DNA of 64,000 bases. Origin: Eledone cirrhosa (taxonomy: Eukaryota). Shown in pieces: positions 1 through 14,007 of the stretch. The position numbers were made by a program, and so were the translations under genes. The notes beneath the pieces are model-generated. The model was not told the DNA's origin. It saw only the letters and a program-made list of their open reading frames with translations, and did no database searches. How positions within the stretch are numbered: position 1 is the stretch's first letter; every line of letters begins with the position of its first letter. The stretch covers positions 247,318,001 through 247,382,000 of the forward strand of contig OZ024742.1 in NCBI GenBank assembly GCA_964016885.1, in the 5' to 3' direction.

Positions 1-45
1 AGTCATAGTCCTTTCGTCACACACTCTGTGACCTCTTCAGTGACT
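1..45 (-). ncRNA. Minimal type I hammerhead ribozyme motif (PLE pLTR family 1)
   Basis: Minus strand reads AGUCA-CUGAAGA-G-GUCAC-AGAGUGU-GUGAC-GAAA-GGAC-UA^UGACU: stem I AGUCA/UGACU, stem II GUCAC/GUGAC, intact core boxes. Positions 1-120 resemble 10820-10930. Confidence 0.75.
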
Positions 46-130
46 GGGGATTCCTTTCCTTTGTTTCTGTGCCTTTCCTTTCTTCTATCCTACGCCATTT
101 TGTTTCTGTGTGTGTGTTGTGTGATCAGTT

Positions 131-1741
131 TCTTGGGTTTTTCATCCGCTTCCTTGTGAGTACCAATTCACACCCACCGGCCTGCGCAAGCGCATGTCCG
201 AAGGAAGTTGACCATTCTCCACCGCAGACTTCAACGAAATTTGCTTAGTCAGTTCACCCTGTCATCCAAAACAATGGCCCACCAATGCCTGTACCATATT
301 TTACTGCTACTATATATCACAGCATTATTATTAAAGGACTTGAACATCTGAAACTACTTCGCTTTTCCTTATTTGATATTTACTCCGTCACTCCTATGTG
401 GAAAAAGTACGTTGAGTGCTTGAATTGAATTGCATCAATATTTACCCTAATAATTTAGCTCCAATAGTTGAGCGCTTTACGATGTAACCGATATGGTGGA
501 GAAGAGAGGAACCAACCATAAGCTACCCCGGAAATTCCCTCTACCATGGGGATGGAAACCCCTTACACTGGACGGACATAATAATAATTTTCGGCAGGAT
601 AAATACGCGGAAACAAATAATAGGATAAACCCCTATTTTCCTGCACCAAATCGCACTTGAACAGAGGCCCCCTCAATTCAATCTATACATGGACAGATGG
701 ACAATCATATGGATCATATATGTACTCTGTGTTTTTGCATTTATTCACTGTTGGTTCTGTTCTTTTCTTCTGTGTACTTTATGTCTGTTTTTCTTTGATT
801 TTGTTCCATGTGATGGAAATTAGGACTGTGTACCAGATTCACTAATGCCTGGAGCCCTGTAGTTATAATGTACGACACCGTCGTTCAATATGTGGATAGA
901 GTAACTGTGACACTAGAATCCCTCTCAGAACATATTACTTAAACACCTCTCTCCATATTATTTACTCACTTAAGTCTATATCTTTACTCACCTCAATCCG
1001 AATTATCACCTGAAAAGAATTTTTTTAATTCTTTTTTTAATTCTTTATTTTCTAATTGTTAATTTCTTAATTGTTTAATTTATAATTTCTGATATTTAAT
1101 TTTTATTTCCAACTCTCACTCTTTACTTCCAACATAAAACCATGATACCTAGAATAAGTTTATTTTCCCTAATAAGGTGATGGTCAGTCGTACCGGCAAC
1201 GTTTAGTGAGGGGTAGTATTATGACCTGTAAAAACTAACACTCTCCCATCCCCTCTGGCTCTCGGCTGACTGTCACAGCCGTGATGGGTAGCAGTAAAAT
1301 ATGGTACAGGCATTGGTGGGCCATTGTTTTGGATGACAGGGTGAACTGACTAAGCAAATTTCGTTGAAGTCTGCGGTGGAGAATGGTCAACTTCCTTCGG
1401 ACATGCGCTTGCGCAGGCCAGTGGGGGTGAATTGGTACTCACAAGGGAGCGGATGAAAAACCCAAGAACACGCAATTCATCCGTTCCCTTGTCGATCCAA
1501 TTTGGATTGCCTCGGAAACATAACCTTATTATGTGACAAGCTGTCTGATGATAACACGACACTCGCACACAGAACAGTGTGGCCAGTGTCGTCACTGAAA
1601 TATATATCACAGCATTATTATTAAAGGACTTGAACATCTGAAACTACTTCGCTTTTCCTTATTCGATATTTACTCCGTCACTCCTATTTGGAAAAAGTAC
1701 GTTGAGTGCTTGATTTGAATTGCATCAATGTTTACCCTAAT
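131..1741 (+). mobile_element. Non-coding Penelope-like or retrozyme-like element with direct pseudo-LTRs and an inverted 5' segment
   Basis: 311-451 is directly repeated at 1601-1741; 131-310 is the reverse complement of about 1289-1469; a hammerhead at 1540-1613 overlaps the start of the second repeat; no RT ORF inside. Confidence 0.75.
1540..1613 (+). ncRNA. Type I hammerhead ribozyme motif
   Basis: GCUGU-CUGAUGA-[ACGACACU...AGUGUCGU stem II]-GAAA-UAUAUA-UC^ACAGC; palindromic stem III; the base of stem II is mismatched. Confidence 0.75.
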
Positions 1742-1801
1742 ATATATATACATATAGTGATGAAAGATAAGTCAATTGCATGAACTCATAATCCTTTATT
1801 T

Positions 1802-1857
1802 ACTGCTATATATAATTTGATGATAGCCATTGAATGGCTATGACCTCATCAGGCAGT
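1802..1857 (-). ncRNA. Decayed hammerhead motif in a PLE pLTR remnant (about 1757-2065)
   Basis: ACUGC-CUGAUGA-GGUC-AUAGCCAUUCAAUGGCUAU-CAUC-AAAU-UAUAUA-UA^GCAGU; stems I and II pair, the GAAA box is mutated. Confidence 0.55.
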
Positions 1858-2066
1858 TAGTCAGTTCTTAGATATGCCAGCTCTGTGTTTATGGTGTTGA
1901 TGGTATCAGATCCTTGGGACATATGAGCTTGTTAGGGATAATTTAATGTTGTCAGCACGTATAATCTGAATTCTCATTGGTCAGTGTGTAGATGGTAGTG
2001 GGGTTGGTATTTGACCTCAAAGAGGTAGGTGGTGTTGTAAAGTTCAAACCGTCAGGCAAGATGACA

Positions 2067-3106
<1,040 letters not shown>

Positions 3107-3321
3107 TTTCTTTATTTACCATAAAGAAAATACAAAGAGGACAAATACAAAGGGGGGAGTTTACATATAATCGAGTAAAAAGGGTGTAACATGAAAATAA
3201 TCGAAAATAACCTCAAAAGGGAGGGGACGTGATGGGGGTTGCACACACCCCCGAAAAAGTGTGCAATCCTTTGCCCGGGGAGCACATGGAGAAGGTGCTC
3301 CCCTCTTCTTTACTTCTTTAC

Positions 3322-6300
3322 CTACAGGATGGTATACAGAGAAGGCCCATTTACACGAGCCATTCTCCCTACTATCACCCACCTTTCATAAAACTGCCTG
3401 TGGCCAAGCACCTCTCTCTCCATTCTTATCCTTCTTCCGAAGTGATATCGGAAGAAGTAGACCAGACTATGGCCAGAGAGGAAGTTGCCTGACCTCAGAC
3501 CTTTCAATCGTGTCCACCAAACAACCTCTTTCAACATGGCTATTACGCACAGAAAAACCGCCTTTGCTTCCTTTGTGAAGAGGGGAGGCGGTTTGATTGT
3601 CATCAAGGACTCGGCGGTCAATTTAATCGGCGCCACCCGCGACAGCAGTCGTTCGGCGTAGCCCCACAGATCAGCCACGCCCGGACATTGCACCAATGCG
3701 TGCGCAACGGTTTCTTCGTGACGCACGCATCTAGGGCAAATCTTTTTTGAGGGATCCCTGCCCGGGCGCCCGTGTCTGTAGAGCCTCTCTCGAACGGGTA
3801 GAGCCCCCCGGTAGCACTGCCAGGCCAGTGACTTCTGGAAGTTGTCCATTGGTCCTGGGCCGAAAGTCCTACCGAACAGGCTGGCCAGTTCGTCTTTTTC
3901 CATGTCCAGCGACTCTCCAAGGGTGTCATCGCCCCTGCTAGCCACCAGCCCTCTATAGAATGATGAGGTGGATTCTCCACCGATGGCCTGGCCCGCTTGC
4001 CAGAGAGCCCTGAGCGCCTGAGCACACTCAGTGTGCCAGTCTCCCAGTTTTCCGGATATTTGCTTGACCCAGGACTGTAGCTCGGTGAGCGAGACGAGTC
4101 TCGGAAACGCTCGTTTCACGAACGGAGCCCACACCGGTTGACCAGTGAGGAATACCTGTAGGTGCCGTAGCCTTAATGCGTGCCTACGCATCATCAACCA
4201 CGGCATCCCCAGCCCTCCTTTCGAAGGTTGTTGGCAGCAGATGGATCTTCTCACCATAGGAGGGCGCTTCTTCCAAAGAAATTGGAAGAGCATGCGTTCC
4301 ATGGTGGTGAGTGTTTCCTTAGGGCAAGGCACGACAGTCAGGCGGTAGTAAGTGACGGACGCTATGTAAATGTTCGCCACCTCCGCCCGGCCTTTTAGGG
4401 ACAGCTTACACTTGGCCCATTTCTGGGTTAGTGCAAACACCTTGTTCGTAACCTCGTTCCAGTTCTTTTCCACCTGGAGGTCCGGTCCAAACCAGACCCC
4501 AAGCAACTTTACCGGGCCCTCCGTCCAGTGTCCGACGACACCGTCAGGAGGCATCGGTCTGCCTCTCCACGTTCCGAGTTGCAGCCCGATGGATTTTTCC
4601 CGGTTCAGTTTCGCTCCTGACAACCTTTCGTACTCCTCCAGTAAGGTACCGATCACCTCGATCTCCGAGTCGGTCGATACCATTACTGTTACGTCATCGG
4701 CGTAGGCCGACACCGCTTTGCTCAATCCTAGTTCCAGGGGGATACCCTGCAACAACTCCAACTTCCTCAGTAAAGGCTCGAGAGTCAATACGTACAGAAG
4801 GGAGGAGAGAGGGCACCCCTGTCGAATGGATCGTGTGATTTCGAACGCCTTCGAAAGGTAGCCGTTCACCTTGATCCTAGAACAGATGTGGTTGCTATGT
4901 AGGGCAGTGATCCAGCCTCTGAAAACAGGACCGAACCCAGCCGCCACTAGCACCGCATTCAGGTAACCATGGTCGACCCTATCGAACGCCTTAGACTGAT
5001 CCAAGTTGATCAGGGCCCCACCGAAGCCGGGTTTGTTGCCAACCCTCTCTATGATGTATCGCATGAGGTGGAGGTTATCGTGAATGGACCTGGATGGGAT
5101 AGCACATGTCTGCGCATCTCCCACCAGGCCACCCACGACAAGCGCCAACCTCTTTGCAAACACCTTGGCCAAAATCTTTAACTCTGTGTTTAGCAGGGTT
5201 ATGGGCCGAAAATTATTTATACTATCCCCCTTGTTCTCGTCCTTCCTCACCAGCGTGACTACGCCCTTGGCTACAGAACAAGGAATTCTCCCGTTCTGCT
5301 GCCAATTGCAGTAGACCGCTTCGAGGAGTTCGGAGAAGAAGACCGGCATTGCTAAATAAAGTTCGTAAGGTATACCATCGAGACCTGGAGATTTGCGTCT
5401 GCTGCATTGGCTCAGCGCATCTCCGTTCTCATCAGCCGAGATTGGTCCCTCGCAGGACTCTGCCTCTTCGCTCGAGAGACGCGGCAGGCCGTCGAGGTAT
5501 GGACCGAAATCCACGTCCCCACCCGGAGCCTCGCCTCCCCCGAACAATCGGGCAAAGTGCCTTTGAAAGGCCTCGCACATCTGCTTAGGCTCCCGGATCA
5601 CCCGTCCATCTTCGTCTTGCAACGACCGGATGGTGGATCGATTTCCACTCTTAGCTTCTGTCACGCGGGCCCATCCAACGGCTTTGGCCCACTCATTACC
5701 TAGAGCACGTATTTTACTTCGAATGACGCAGCCTTCGTGATTTGCATCGAAAAACTGGTTCAAGGCCGTCCTCGATGCCAGCACTCTGGCCACATCTTCG
5801 CTCTTGATTGCCTCTTCTAATTTACCTGTTAATTCTTTCTCGTTTCTATTCCTATCGGCAGCTAACATCTTGCTATAACTTATTGATTCTGTTCTAATCA
5901 CTCTTTTGAGAGATGCCCACCATCGGTTGTTGACGATTGCACCCGTCAACCTCTCCTTAACTAATCTGCTAATCCGGTTTCTGTAAGTCTCTTTTGCCGG
6001 TAAAGACAAATTAAGTTTCCAGTAACCGGGACCCTGTCTATGTGTTTTCTCGAGATTGACCACGCAGGTCACTAATTTGTGATCCGTGTAGCCAACCGTG
6101 CGCATTTCTGGACAGCTTAATATGTCCCTATCCTTACTTCTAACTAAGAATCTATCTAAGTACGATCTAGATTGACCACTGTGGTTTCTCCAAGTCCAGG
6201 TAGGCACAGTTGGAAAATCTAGTCGATATCTATCGACCAAGTTAAAACGGTCGAGTAACCCCTTGAGGCTGTTACACCCCCCTCTATTAGGACATGCTCC

Positions 6301-6749
6301 TGCATAGTCCCAACGTGCATCCAGGATGTCATTCCAATCCCCCGCTAGAAGCAGGGAACGCGACGTTCCCAGAAAAGTCTGAAGAAGTCGGGCCGTTCAG
6401 CTCCGTAAGGGGAGTAGACGGCGACCAGTCTGAAGGCCGCACTTTCACTACTGCTAACGTCTAGCACCAACAAACGACCCTCCGGGTCCGAGTGCACAAC
6501 CTGTACGGCAACACCCAGGTGTTTTTGCAGCAGTACGACAACCCCACCCCCACCTCCAGGTTGACAGAGAGATGCATACACCTCAAAGTCATCGAAGGTG
6601 GGGGCCAGCTGCCGCACGACGCTGATTCGAGTCTCACAGATAACCATTACATTTATACTACATGACCTGAGGTCATTTAGAAGCTTTGCTTGCTTCCAAG
6701 TTGAGCCCAGGCCACGTGCATTCAAACATCCTACTCTTAACACATCCAT
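3322..6749 (-). pseudogene. Tx1 ORF2 (APE endonuclease, reverse transcriptase, C-terminal Zn finger), one frameshift near 6370
   Basis: 6749-6345 has LNARG and ICET; 6240-3322 has YLDRFLV, TDH, NFRPITLLN, LDQSKAFDRV, QGCPLS, YADD and CPRC...ETVAHALVQC. Confidence 0.93.
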
Positions 6750-6782
6750 GTGGGCGGCAGAGCCAAAGGAGAGTGTAGAGAC

Positions 6783-8676
6783 CTACCTTTCCGCTTCCCG
6801 GGGTTCGGGTTGCACGACTTCCATGGGGTCGGGGGTGTTGGGTGAAGGGGTGTCTTGTGGTGGTGTGGGGTCGTCAGTGTGTGGTGGGGTTGGGGTGTTT
6901 GGAGTTGTGTTGGGGAGGGGAAGGGAGGGGGAAAGCTTTTTAGTAGGACGCGGTTTATGGGTTTGACAGAGGGTGGTCCTACGTCCTCCTTAAAATCCTT
7001 TTTTAGTTTTTGGTAGAGGTTCATTGGGATCTTTATTAGTTTTAAATGTGGGTAGTTTTCTGAGGAAACAAAGTTTACCCCTTCGGTTTGTACCGAAGGA
7101 TTATTGTATATGAGTTCATTTAATTTATTATTGTTTCTGTTGATGTAAGTATAGTGTAATGTCTTTTTTTCGGATGGTGTGAGTGTTTCGAAGAGGGGAG
7201 GGGCAGGTTTGGTTTTGTTTGTTGCTGGAGGGGTGTTTCCTGTTTTGCTGGATTGTGTTGAGATTTGGGTGGGTGTTGTTTGGCCTTGTGTGTTTTGCAC
7301 ATGTTTTCTTTTTTTCCTTTTAATCTGTCTGAAGGACTCCGTTTCTTCCTCCGAATTCGTTGGGTTATCTTCAGTGTTGGAGGGGAGAGGTATGTTTGCT
7401 GGTAATGTTTCCGTGTTGGTTTTCTTTGTGGGGGAGATGGATGTCACTATGTTAGACTGTGTTGTGTGTTGTGTCTGCGGTGGTTGTGTTGTTTTATTGA
7501 TTGAGAGGTTGGGTGGGCCTGTATTTTGTTTTGGGGTAATGTGTTGTGACTGTTTGTGTTGTGGCGGTGTTGTGGTTTTACTGAGGGACGGGTTGGGTGG
7601 GACTGAGTTTTGTTGTTTGTTTATCTGTTGTGGTGGTGGTGGTGGAGATGGTGTTGGTAGCAGGGTTTTCTTTTTGTTGAGTTGGGGACAAGCGGCCTTC
7701 AGGTGCCCTCTGCCTGCACAGATATGGCAGGACGGCCTTCTCCCCTCCACGCTAATGTTTATATACCCGTGGTCCTCTAATAGGATTCTGTCGGGTATTT
7801 GGGCGATGCGTTCAGGCTTCATTTGCACTACCAGCTCTATACCTGTTCCACTGAACGCATTGCCTGTGGTTTTCCCAATGGAAATCACGTTGTCATTCAC
7901 TGGATCGATAAAGCCAGCTATGAGCCAGCAGTAGTCCACATCTGGCATCATTGCATCCAGCCATATGCGTTGAGTTCTTTTCCATAAGATGGATAAAAGG
8001 TGAAATTTTTCGAACGAATCGGTGACAAAGCACATTTTTTTGCCGCCGATTCGTTCTTCATGATAATTGCTAGGCTTCCATACAGTCTGTCTTTTCTTAT
8101 GAAAGTGGTTTCATTAAGTACTTCTGTGAGTACTGTTTTGATATCTGCTTGAGAAGGCTGTTCAGGTTTTTTTGTACTGTTGTTGATGGTCCGAAACTTG
8201 ACCGTTCGGCTTTCAATGTCTTTCGTGAATTCTTGAGGCATTTTTACCGATAAAATACCATTCTCTCCTTCACTTATGTATTGTTTGGCGTCCGTGATCC
8301 TTCGTACCACATCTGAAATGTTTTCCGCTATATAAGTCAAAGATTTCATTGTTTTCTGTGCAAATGAAATCTTGTCGTCTGCTTTGCTTTCTGATATGGT
8401 GTTATTTTCAAATGTTATTTTTGTGTTTGTTGTGTCTTTGTTTGTGTTATTAGTATTGTCATGCAATTTTTCAAATTTTTTTTTTTCGTTGTTGGAATCC
8501 ATGTCCAGATTTGTGTTTTCGTCATTTTTTTTCTCCGCAGATTCGTCTGTTTTTATTTTAATTTTTCCTTCCTTCTCTATGACGTTAGTTTGGAAGGAAG
8601 GGGGGACTAAAGCGTGCGAGCTTACAACTCTTACCGCTGTCCCCCCACCACTATTTTCGTTCGCTGCGTTTAACAT
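6783..8676 (-). pseudogene. Tx1 ORF1 (gag-like nucleic acid binding protein), frameshifted
   Basis: ORFs 8676-7948 and 8035-6737 are colinear with the intact ORF1 at 30377-32149 (KDRLYGSL, GRRPSCHICAGRGHLKAACP); the true C-terminus MEVVQPEPREAER* lies in a shifted frame and stops at 6783. Confidence 0.88.
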
Positions 8677-8911
8677 TTCTGTTAGACGATTGAAATTTTT
8701 TACACAAAATTTTTTAAAACAGGTATTTCACCTCTAGGAGGGGTAAAGATGAGCTGACCCACCACCTGACAGTTCAGACGGAGGGCCAAGCTACACAATT
8801 GTATCAAAATTAAGTTTGAACTCACAAAATTTCCTTAATAAATTTGAACAAAACTTCTGTGCGAAGTGAATGACATCCACACTGTAGAACAGACGACAGC
8901 TAGATTAAAAT

Positions 8912-8948
<37 letters not shown>

Positions 8949-9389
8949 CACATGCATATATATATATACAGTATATATATATATATACGGTATGCCTGTG
9001 TATGTGTGTGTCTGTGGGTGTGTCTGTATGTGTGTATATATATATATATATACACGCACAGATGACGTGCGCAGCTGCACATATATTTCCTTTAAGGGGG
9101 TAAGGTTTTTACTTTTAAACATATACGAAAAACAATACTGTACTCCCGTTTGATCACTTTTATTAAGGAATTTTCTCATTTTCTCATTAGATCTTTATGC
9201 TTTAAGAGGAATAGCATTCAATAATCCATATGTGTATTGACATTTCTAACCTCTTAGAACCACATCTTTAGAATCAAAATGGGTATGCTTATTTTGATCA
9301 AGGGCTTAGCAGTTGCAAAGTGTCATGGGAGCAGTTGGCTATCAAGAACGCCTCATATCCCCCCTCTCTTTCTTTCTTTCTCTCCCTCC

Positions 9390-9502
<113 letters not shown>

Positions 9503-9600
9503 GCAAACAGGGAGAAAGAGACGATTATGAGGAAGAAAATATTATTATATATATATAATATTATTATATATATATTATTATATATATATTAATATATATA

Positions 9601-9672
<72 letters not shown>

Positions 9673-10039
9673 TTGTTTTATAAAATGATGTCGAATCATT
9701 GTATCATTCCAGTTCCGATGTGACAGAGTTTAGGGACAATAATTATTAAATTTATGAAGGCAGGATTTCCAGAATTCCTTTATTACACAATTGGTATAAT
9801 ATGTATTTCTGAGATGTTATTCTCCATATGGAGAGGGATCTCTGAAAGAGTAATATGGAAATTAAGTCCGTCTTCATGTGATTAAATTGTATTGCATAAT
9901 GTATAGATTGCCTACGCTGCCCTCTGAAGAACAACTGTTAGTAATTAAATGATGGCAGTATTATTTAGTTCAGAATATAACACACAAATACATATTACAA
10001 TACATTACGTAACAAAATGCATAGTACGAATCTCCCCAC

Positions 10040-10280
10040 TTGTTTTTGTGTGTATGGTGTATGACAGAACAAAGGAAGGGTACAAAATAAAAACCCAGTC
10101 ACTGAGGAGGTCACAGAATGTGTGACGAAAGATCTTTGACAATATATAAACAACCATATATATATGTATATTGTTATACTTTGGGAGGGTCATGCTGCCA
10201 ATAAAAACACACTCACCTGTTTGTTTTCACTTCAATCTATTAACAAATTTCCAGTTGCTTAGTTGGTTCGATAACCGGAT
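10040..10280. mobile_element. PLE pLTR family 1 remnants in opposite orientations
   Basis: 10050-10160 resembles 11170-11300; 10168-10280 resembles 10665-10825. Confidence 0.65.
10098..10140 (+). ncRNA. Minimal type I hammerhead motif (family 1)
   Basis: GUCA-CUGAGGA-G-GUCAC-AGAAUGU-GUGAC-GAAA-GAUC-UU^UGAC; palindromic stem III AGAUCU. Confidence 0.75.
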
Positions 10281-10296
10281 GGTCGTTTATACATTG

Positions 10297-10362
<66 letters not shown>

Positions 10363-10422
10363 TCATTAACACAACAACAGATGGCCCGACTGGAAGGATT
10401 ATTTTAGAATATTAATCCCGCG

Positions 10423-10488
10423 ATAGCACTATACATATTTCGATGACCAAGCCATATCATCGGATTTGTCGATTTCATCAGGTGTTAT
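10423..10488 (-). ncRNA. Minimal type I hammerhead motif (separate family)
   Basis: AUAACAC-CUGAUGA-AAUCGAC...GUCAUC-GAAA-UAUGUA-UA^GUGCUAU; core boxes intact, stems imperfect. Confidence 0.68.
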
Positions 10489-10819
10489 TTGCAGAATTAT
10501 ATAACAGGTTTACGTTGAACCCAAAAGAGTAGAAGATAGAAAAATAAAATAAAAGATAGTAAACAACTGACGTGGAGTGCTCTTAACGGCTTACACATAT
10601 TTTTCAACGAAAAGTCATTACGTATCAACACTTACGTATAAACAACACACCAACTATATATATATATTGTTATGCTTTGGGAGGGTCATGTTGCCAATAA
10701 GGAACACACGCACCAGTTGCTTTCACTCCAATTTATTATAAATTAAATTTATAAAGTTAAGGATTTATAAATTTCCGGTTGGTTGGTTGGTTCCATAACC
10801 GGACGGTTGTTCATGTATT

Positions 10820-10862
10820 GTCAGAGTTCTTTCGTCACACATTCAGTGACCTCTTCAGTGAC
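10820..10862 (-). ncRNA. Minimal type I hammerhead motif (family 1)
   Basis: GUCA-CUGAAGA-G-GUCAC-UGAAUGU-GUGAC-GAAA-GAAC-UC^UGAC. Confidence 0.75.
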
Positions 10863-11245
10863 GGGATTCTTTTCTTTGTTTTTGTGCCTCTCGTTTGTTG
10901 TCCTACGCCATCTTGTTTTTGTGTGTGTTCCGGGCTTAGTTTGCGCATGTGTTACATCCGAGTGTCTGTGTGTGTTTTTATTTGTTTAGTTACATGTTAG
11001 AATAGAATAGAAAACATGAATGGAATAGCAACATCGCAACTTGCAACCAAGGACAAAATGAAAACACACACATAGAACAAACAACCAGCCAGTAACATGT
11101 ATATAAACAAATAAATAAACAAATATAAACACACACAGACACCCGGATGTAACACATATGCAAACTAAGGCCGCAACACACACAAAAAGAAGATGGCGTA
11201 GGACAGAACAAAGGAGAGGCACAAAAACAAAGAAAATAATCCCCA

Positions 11246-11288
11246 GTCACTGAAGTGGTCACATAATGTGTGACGAAAGAACTTTGAC
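11246..11288 (+). ncRNA. Hammerhead motif (family 1), core mutated to CUGAAGU
   Basis: GUCA-CUGAAGU-G-GUCAC-AUAAUGU-GUGAC-GAAA-GAAC-UU^UGAC. Confidence 0.6.
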
Positions 11289-11498
11289 AATGTATGAACA
11301 ACCGTCCGGTTATGGAACCAACCACCCAACCGGAAATTTATAAATTCTTAAATTTATAAATTTAATTTATAATAAATTGGAGTGAAAGCTGCTGGTGCGT
11401 GTGTTTCTTATTGGCAACATGACCCTCCCAAAGCATAACAATATCGGTTTCAACACACGTTTACAGATAAAGAATCTTGCTAAACAAATTCAGAAACG

Positions 11499-11532
<34 letters not shown>

Positions 11533-11566
11533 GGTGTGTTGTTTATACGTAAGTGTTACGTAATGA

Positions 11567-11657
<91 letters not shown>

Positions 11658-12424
11658 GGAATACTTCCCGCATGAATCCTCCGGCTACGTATGCATAATG
11701 ATAAACACAGGCATATTTTCTTTTTGTCTTTATGTCTCTTATATGATCGAATATCAACATGCCACGTTTAAGCATGTGTGTGTGTTTATATTTATTGTAC
11801 ATGTTAACGTTTATCTTAATATATACATATATATATTTATGTCTGTTTGTTTATGTGTGTATAAATGCATATATATATCACTGTCTATGCATGAGGATAA
11901 ATGTATATGTGCATTTGTTTGCCTCTGTGGGTGTATATTTTTGTTGGTGTTATTATTTCAACATATTTATAAAGTATGCCTGTAAGTTTGAATATTTATA
12001 GTAACAGTGATTATGTTGAGAAGATGGCTTCTATAAATGAATTAGGTTTGTAATCCTTCGTTTTCAGATCACTATTGGTAGGTCCGTGAATAAAAATAAC
12101 AATTTGTATTCAAGTTTACCAATATAATCTTTATATATTAATACGAAAATGTTCCTTTGCAAACTTTTCGATTGCTGTGAGGAATGAGGTGCTAAGATTG
12201 AAAGGACAAAGGAAAGAAAATTTCCATTTTTCTTCTAATCATCAACCTAGTTGCTCTTCCCTTTAACGATATCCCCTCCTACACATTAATTTCCTAAACT
12301 TTCTCAGCCATGTGTTATCCCCACACAATTTAAACACTTCACGTCGGCCAAACGTAGCATGACCTCCATGAAGAGGGGACATCGAATGCATCCTCCAGTA
12401 TGATTATACCAATATTCTAGACAT

Positions 12425-12495
12425 CAATATCCTCCTCCTCCTCCTCCTCATCCTCCTCCTCCTCCTCCTCCTCCTCCTCCTCCTCCTCCTCCTCC

Positions 12496-12529
<34 letters not shown>

Positions 12530-12554
12530 TCTTATCTTCACCACCACCACCACC

Positions 12555-12588
<34 letters not shown>

Positions 12589-12719
12589 TCATCATCACCA
12601 TCATCGTCACCATCATCACCATCATCACCATCGTAGCCATCATAATCTTCATCATCATTATCATCATCATCATCATTCTTATCTTCACCACCACCACCAC
12701 CACCACCACCACCACCACC

Positions 12720-12771
<52 letters not shown>

Positions 12772-12985
12772 CCATCATCGTCACCATCATCACCATCATC
12801 ACCATCATCGCCATCGTAGCCATCATAATCTTCATCATCATTATCATTATCATCCTCCTCCTCATCATCTTCATCATTATCCTCACCACCACCACCACCA
12901 CCACCACCACCACCACCACCACCACCTCCACCACCACCATAATCATCATCATCCTCATCATTATTGTCGTCATCATCATCATCAT
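12425..12985. repeat. Compound trinucleotide repeat (TCC)n/(TCA)n/(CCA)n with internal duplication of about 145 bp
   Basis: The block cattcttatctt-(cac)n-(cat)n-cgtagccatcataatcttc occurs at about 12527-12670 and 12674-12850. Confidence 0.9.
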
Positions 12986-12987
12986 TT

Positions 12988-14007
12988 TGTGGCATGTAGT
13001 TAAGTCCCTTTACGTTCTGAGTTCAGAAGCCGCCGAAGTTCACTTTTGTCTTTCATCCTGACGGAATCGATAAAAGAAAGTACCAGTCACGTACTGGGGT
13101 TGATTTAATCTACTTTCCCCTGCCCCAAATTATTGACCTTTTGCCTTAATCAGAAACACTTATTTACTGTGATAACATGTGTTTTTAAGGCCGGTTGATT
13201 GGCAGTATCGGCAGAGCATCTCACAGCATGCTCTGTGGCATAAAGTTTCGTCACTTTACGGAATAAAAATCCATTCGAGATTAGCTTTGCCTTTCAGGTG
13301 GTTGGCAGTATCGGTAGAGGGTCGGACGCCCTGCTTTGCGCCATAGAGTTATGGACTTTTATGATGTGAGTTCAGATCCTACCGAGGTCAACTTTGCCTT
13401 TCATCCTTACGGGGTCGATAAAATAAAGTACCAGTAATGCACTGGTTAATTGCTGGCCTTGTGCCAAAAGTAGAAACAATTATTACGGGGGTCGATAAAA
13501 TAGAGACCCAGTAACACACTGGGACGACATTCCCTACCCCGCAAAATTGTTGGACTTATACCTAAATCAGAAGCTATATTGGCAGTATCGGTAGAGGGTC
13601 GGACGCCATGATTTATAGTATAGAGTTACGGCCCTTTATGATCTGAGTTCAAATGCCCCCGAAGTTCACTTTTGTCTTTCATCCTGACGGCATCGATAAA
13701 ATAAAGTACCAGTCACGTACTGGTGGTCGATTTAATCGACTTTCCTGCCCCCCACAAAAAAAAATTACTGGCCTTGTGCCTATATAAGAAACCATTATTA
13801 TTATTATTAACAGTATCGGTAGAATGTCGGACACCATGCTTTGAAGCATAGAGTTCCGTCCCTTTATGATCTGAGTTCAAATACCGCCGAGGTTAACTTT
13901 GCCTTTCATCCTTACGGGGTCGATAAAATAAAGTACCAGTAATGCACTGGGTATTTGCTGGCCTTGTGCCTAAAATAGAAACAATTATTATTATTATTAT
14001 TATTATT

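Larger units (their letters stand above)
3107..8910 (-). mobile_element. Near full-length L1/Tx1-clade non-LTR retrotransposon (copy A), about 5.8 kb
   Basis: 5'UTR, ORF1 with CCHC knuckle, ORF2 with APE+RT+Zn finger, 3'UTR ending AATAAAGAAA; (TAGA)n on both flanks (3090-3106, 8912-8948). Confidence 0.95.
10612..11570. mobile_element. Inverted pair of PLE pLTR family 1 segments
   Basis: 10664-10987 is the reverse complement of about 11115-11443; 10612-10660 matches 11520-11570 inverted; each main arm carries a hammerhead motif. Confidence 0.8.

Noticed and set aside
7179-7934. 251-aa plus-strand ORF and other ORFs overlapping LINE ORFs
   Set aside because: Antisense or alternate-frame shadows of Tx1/R4 coding sequence with no motifs of their own.
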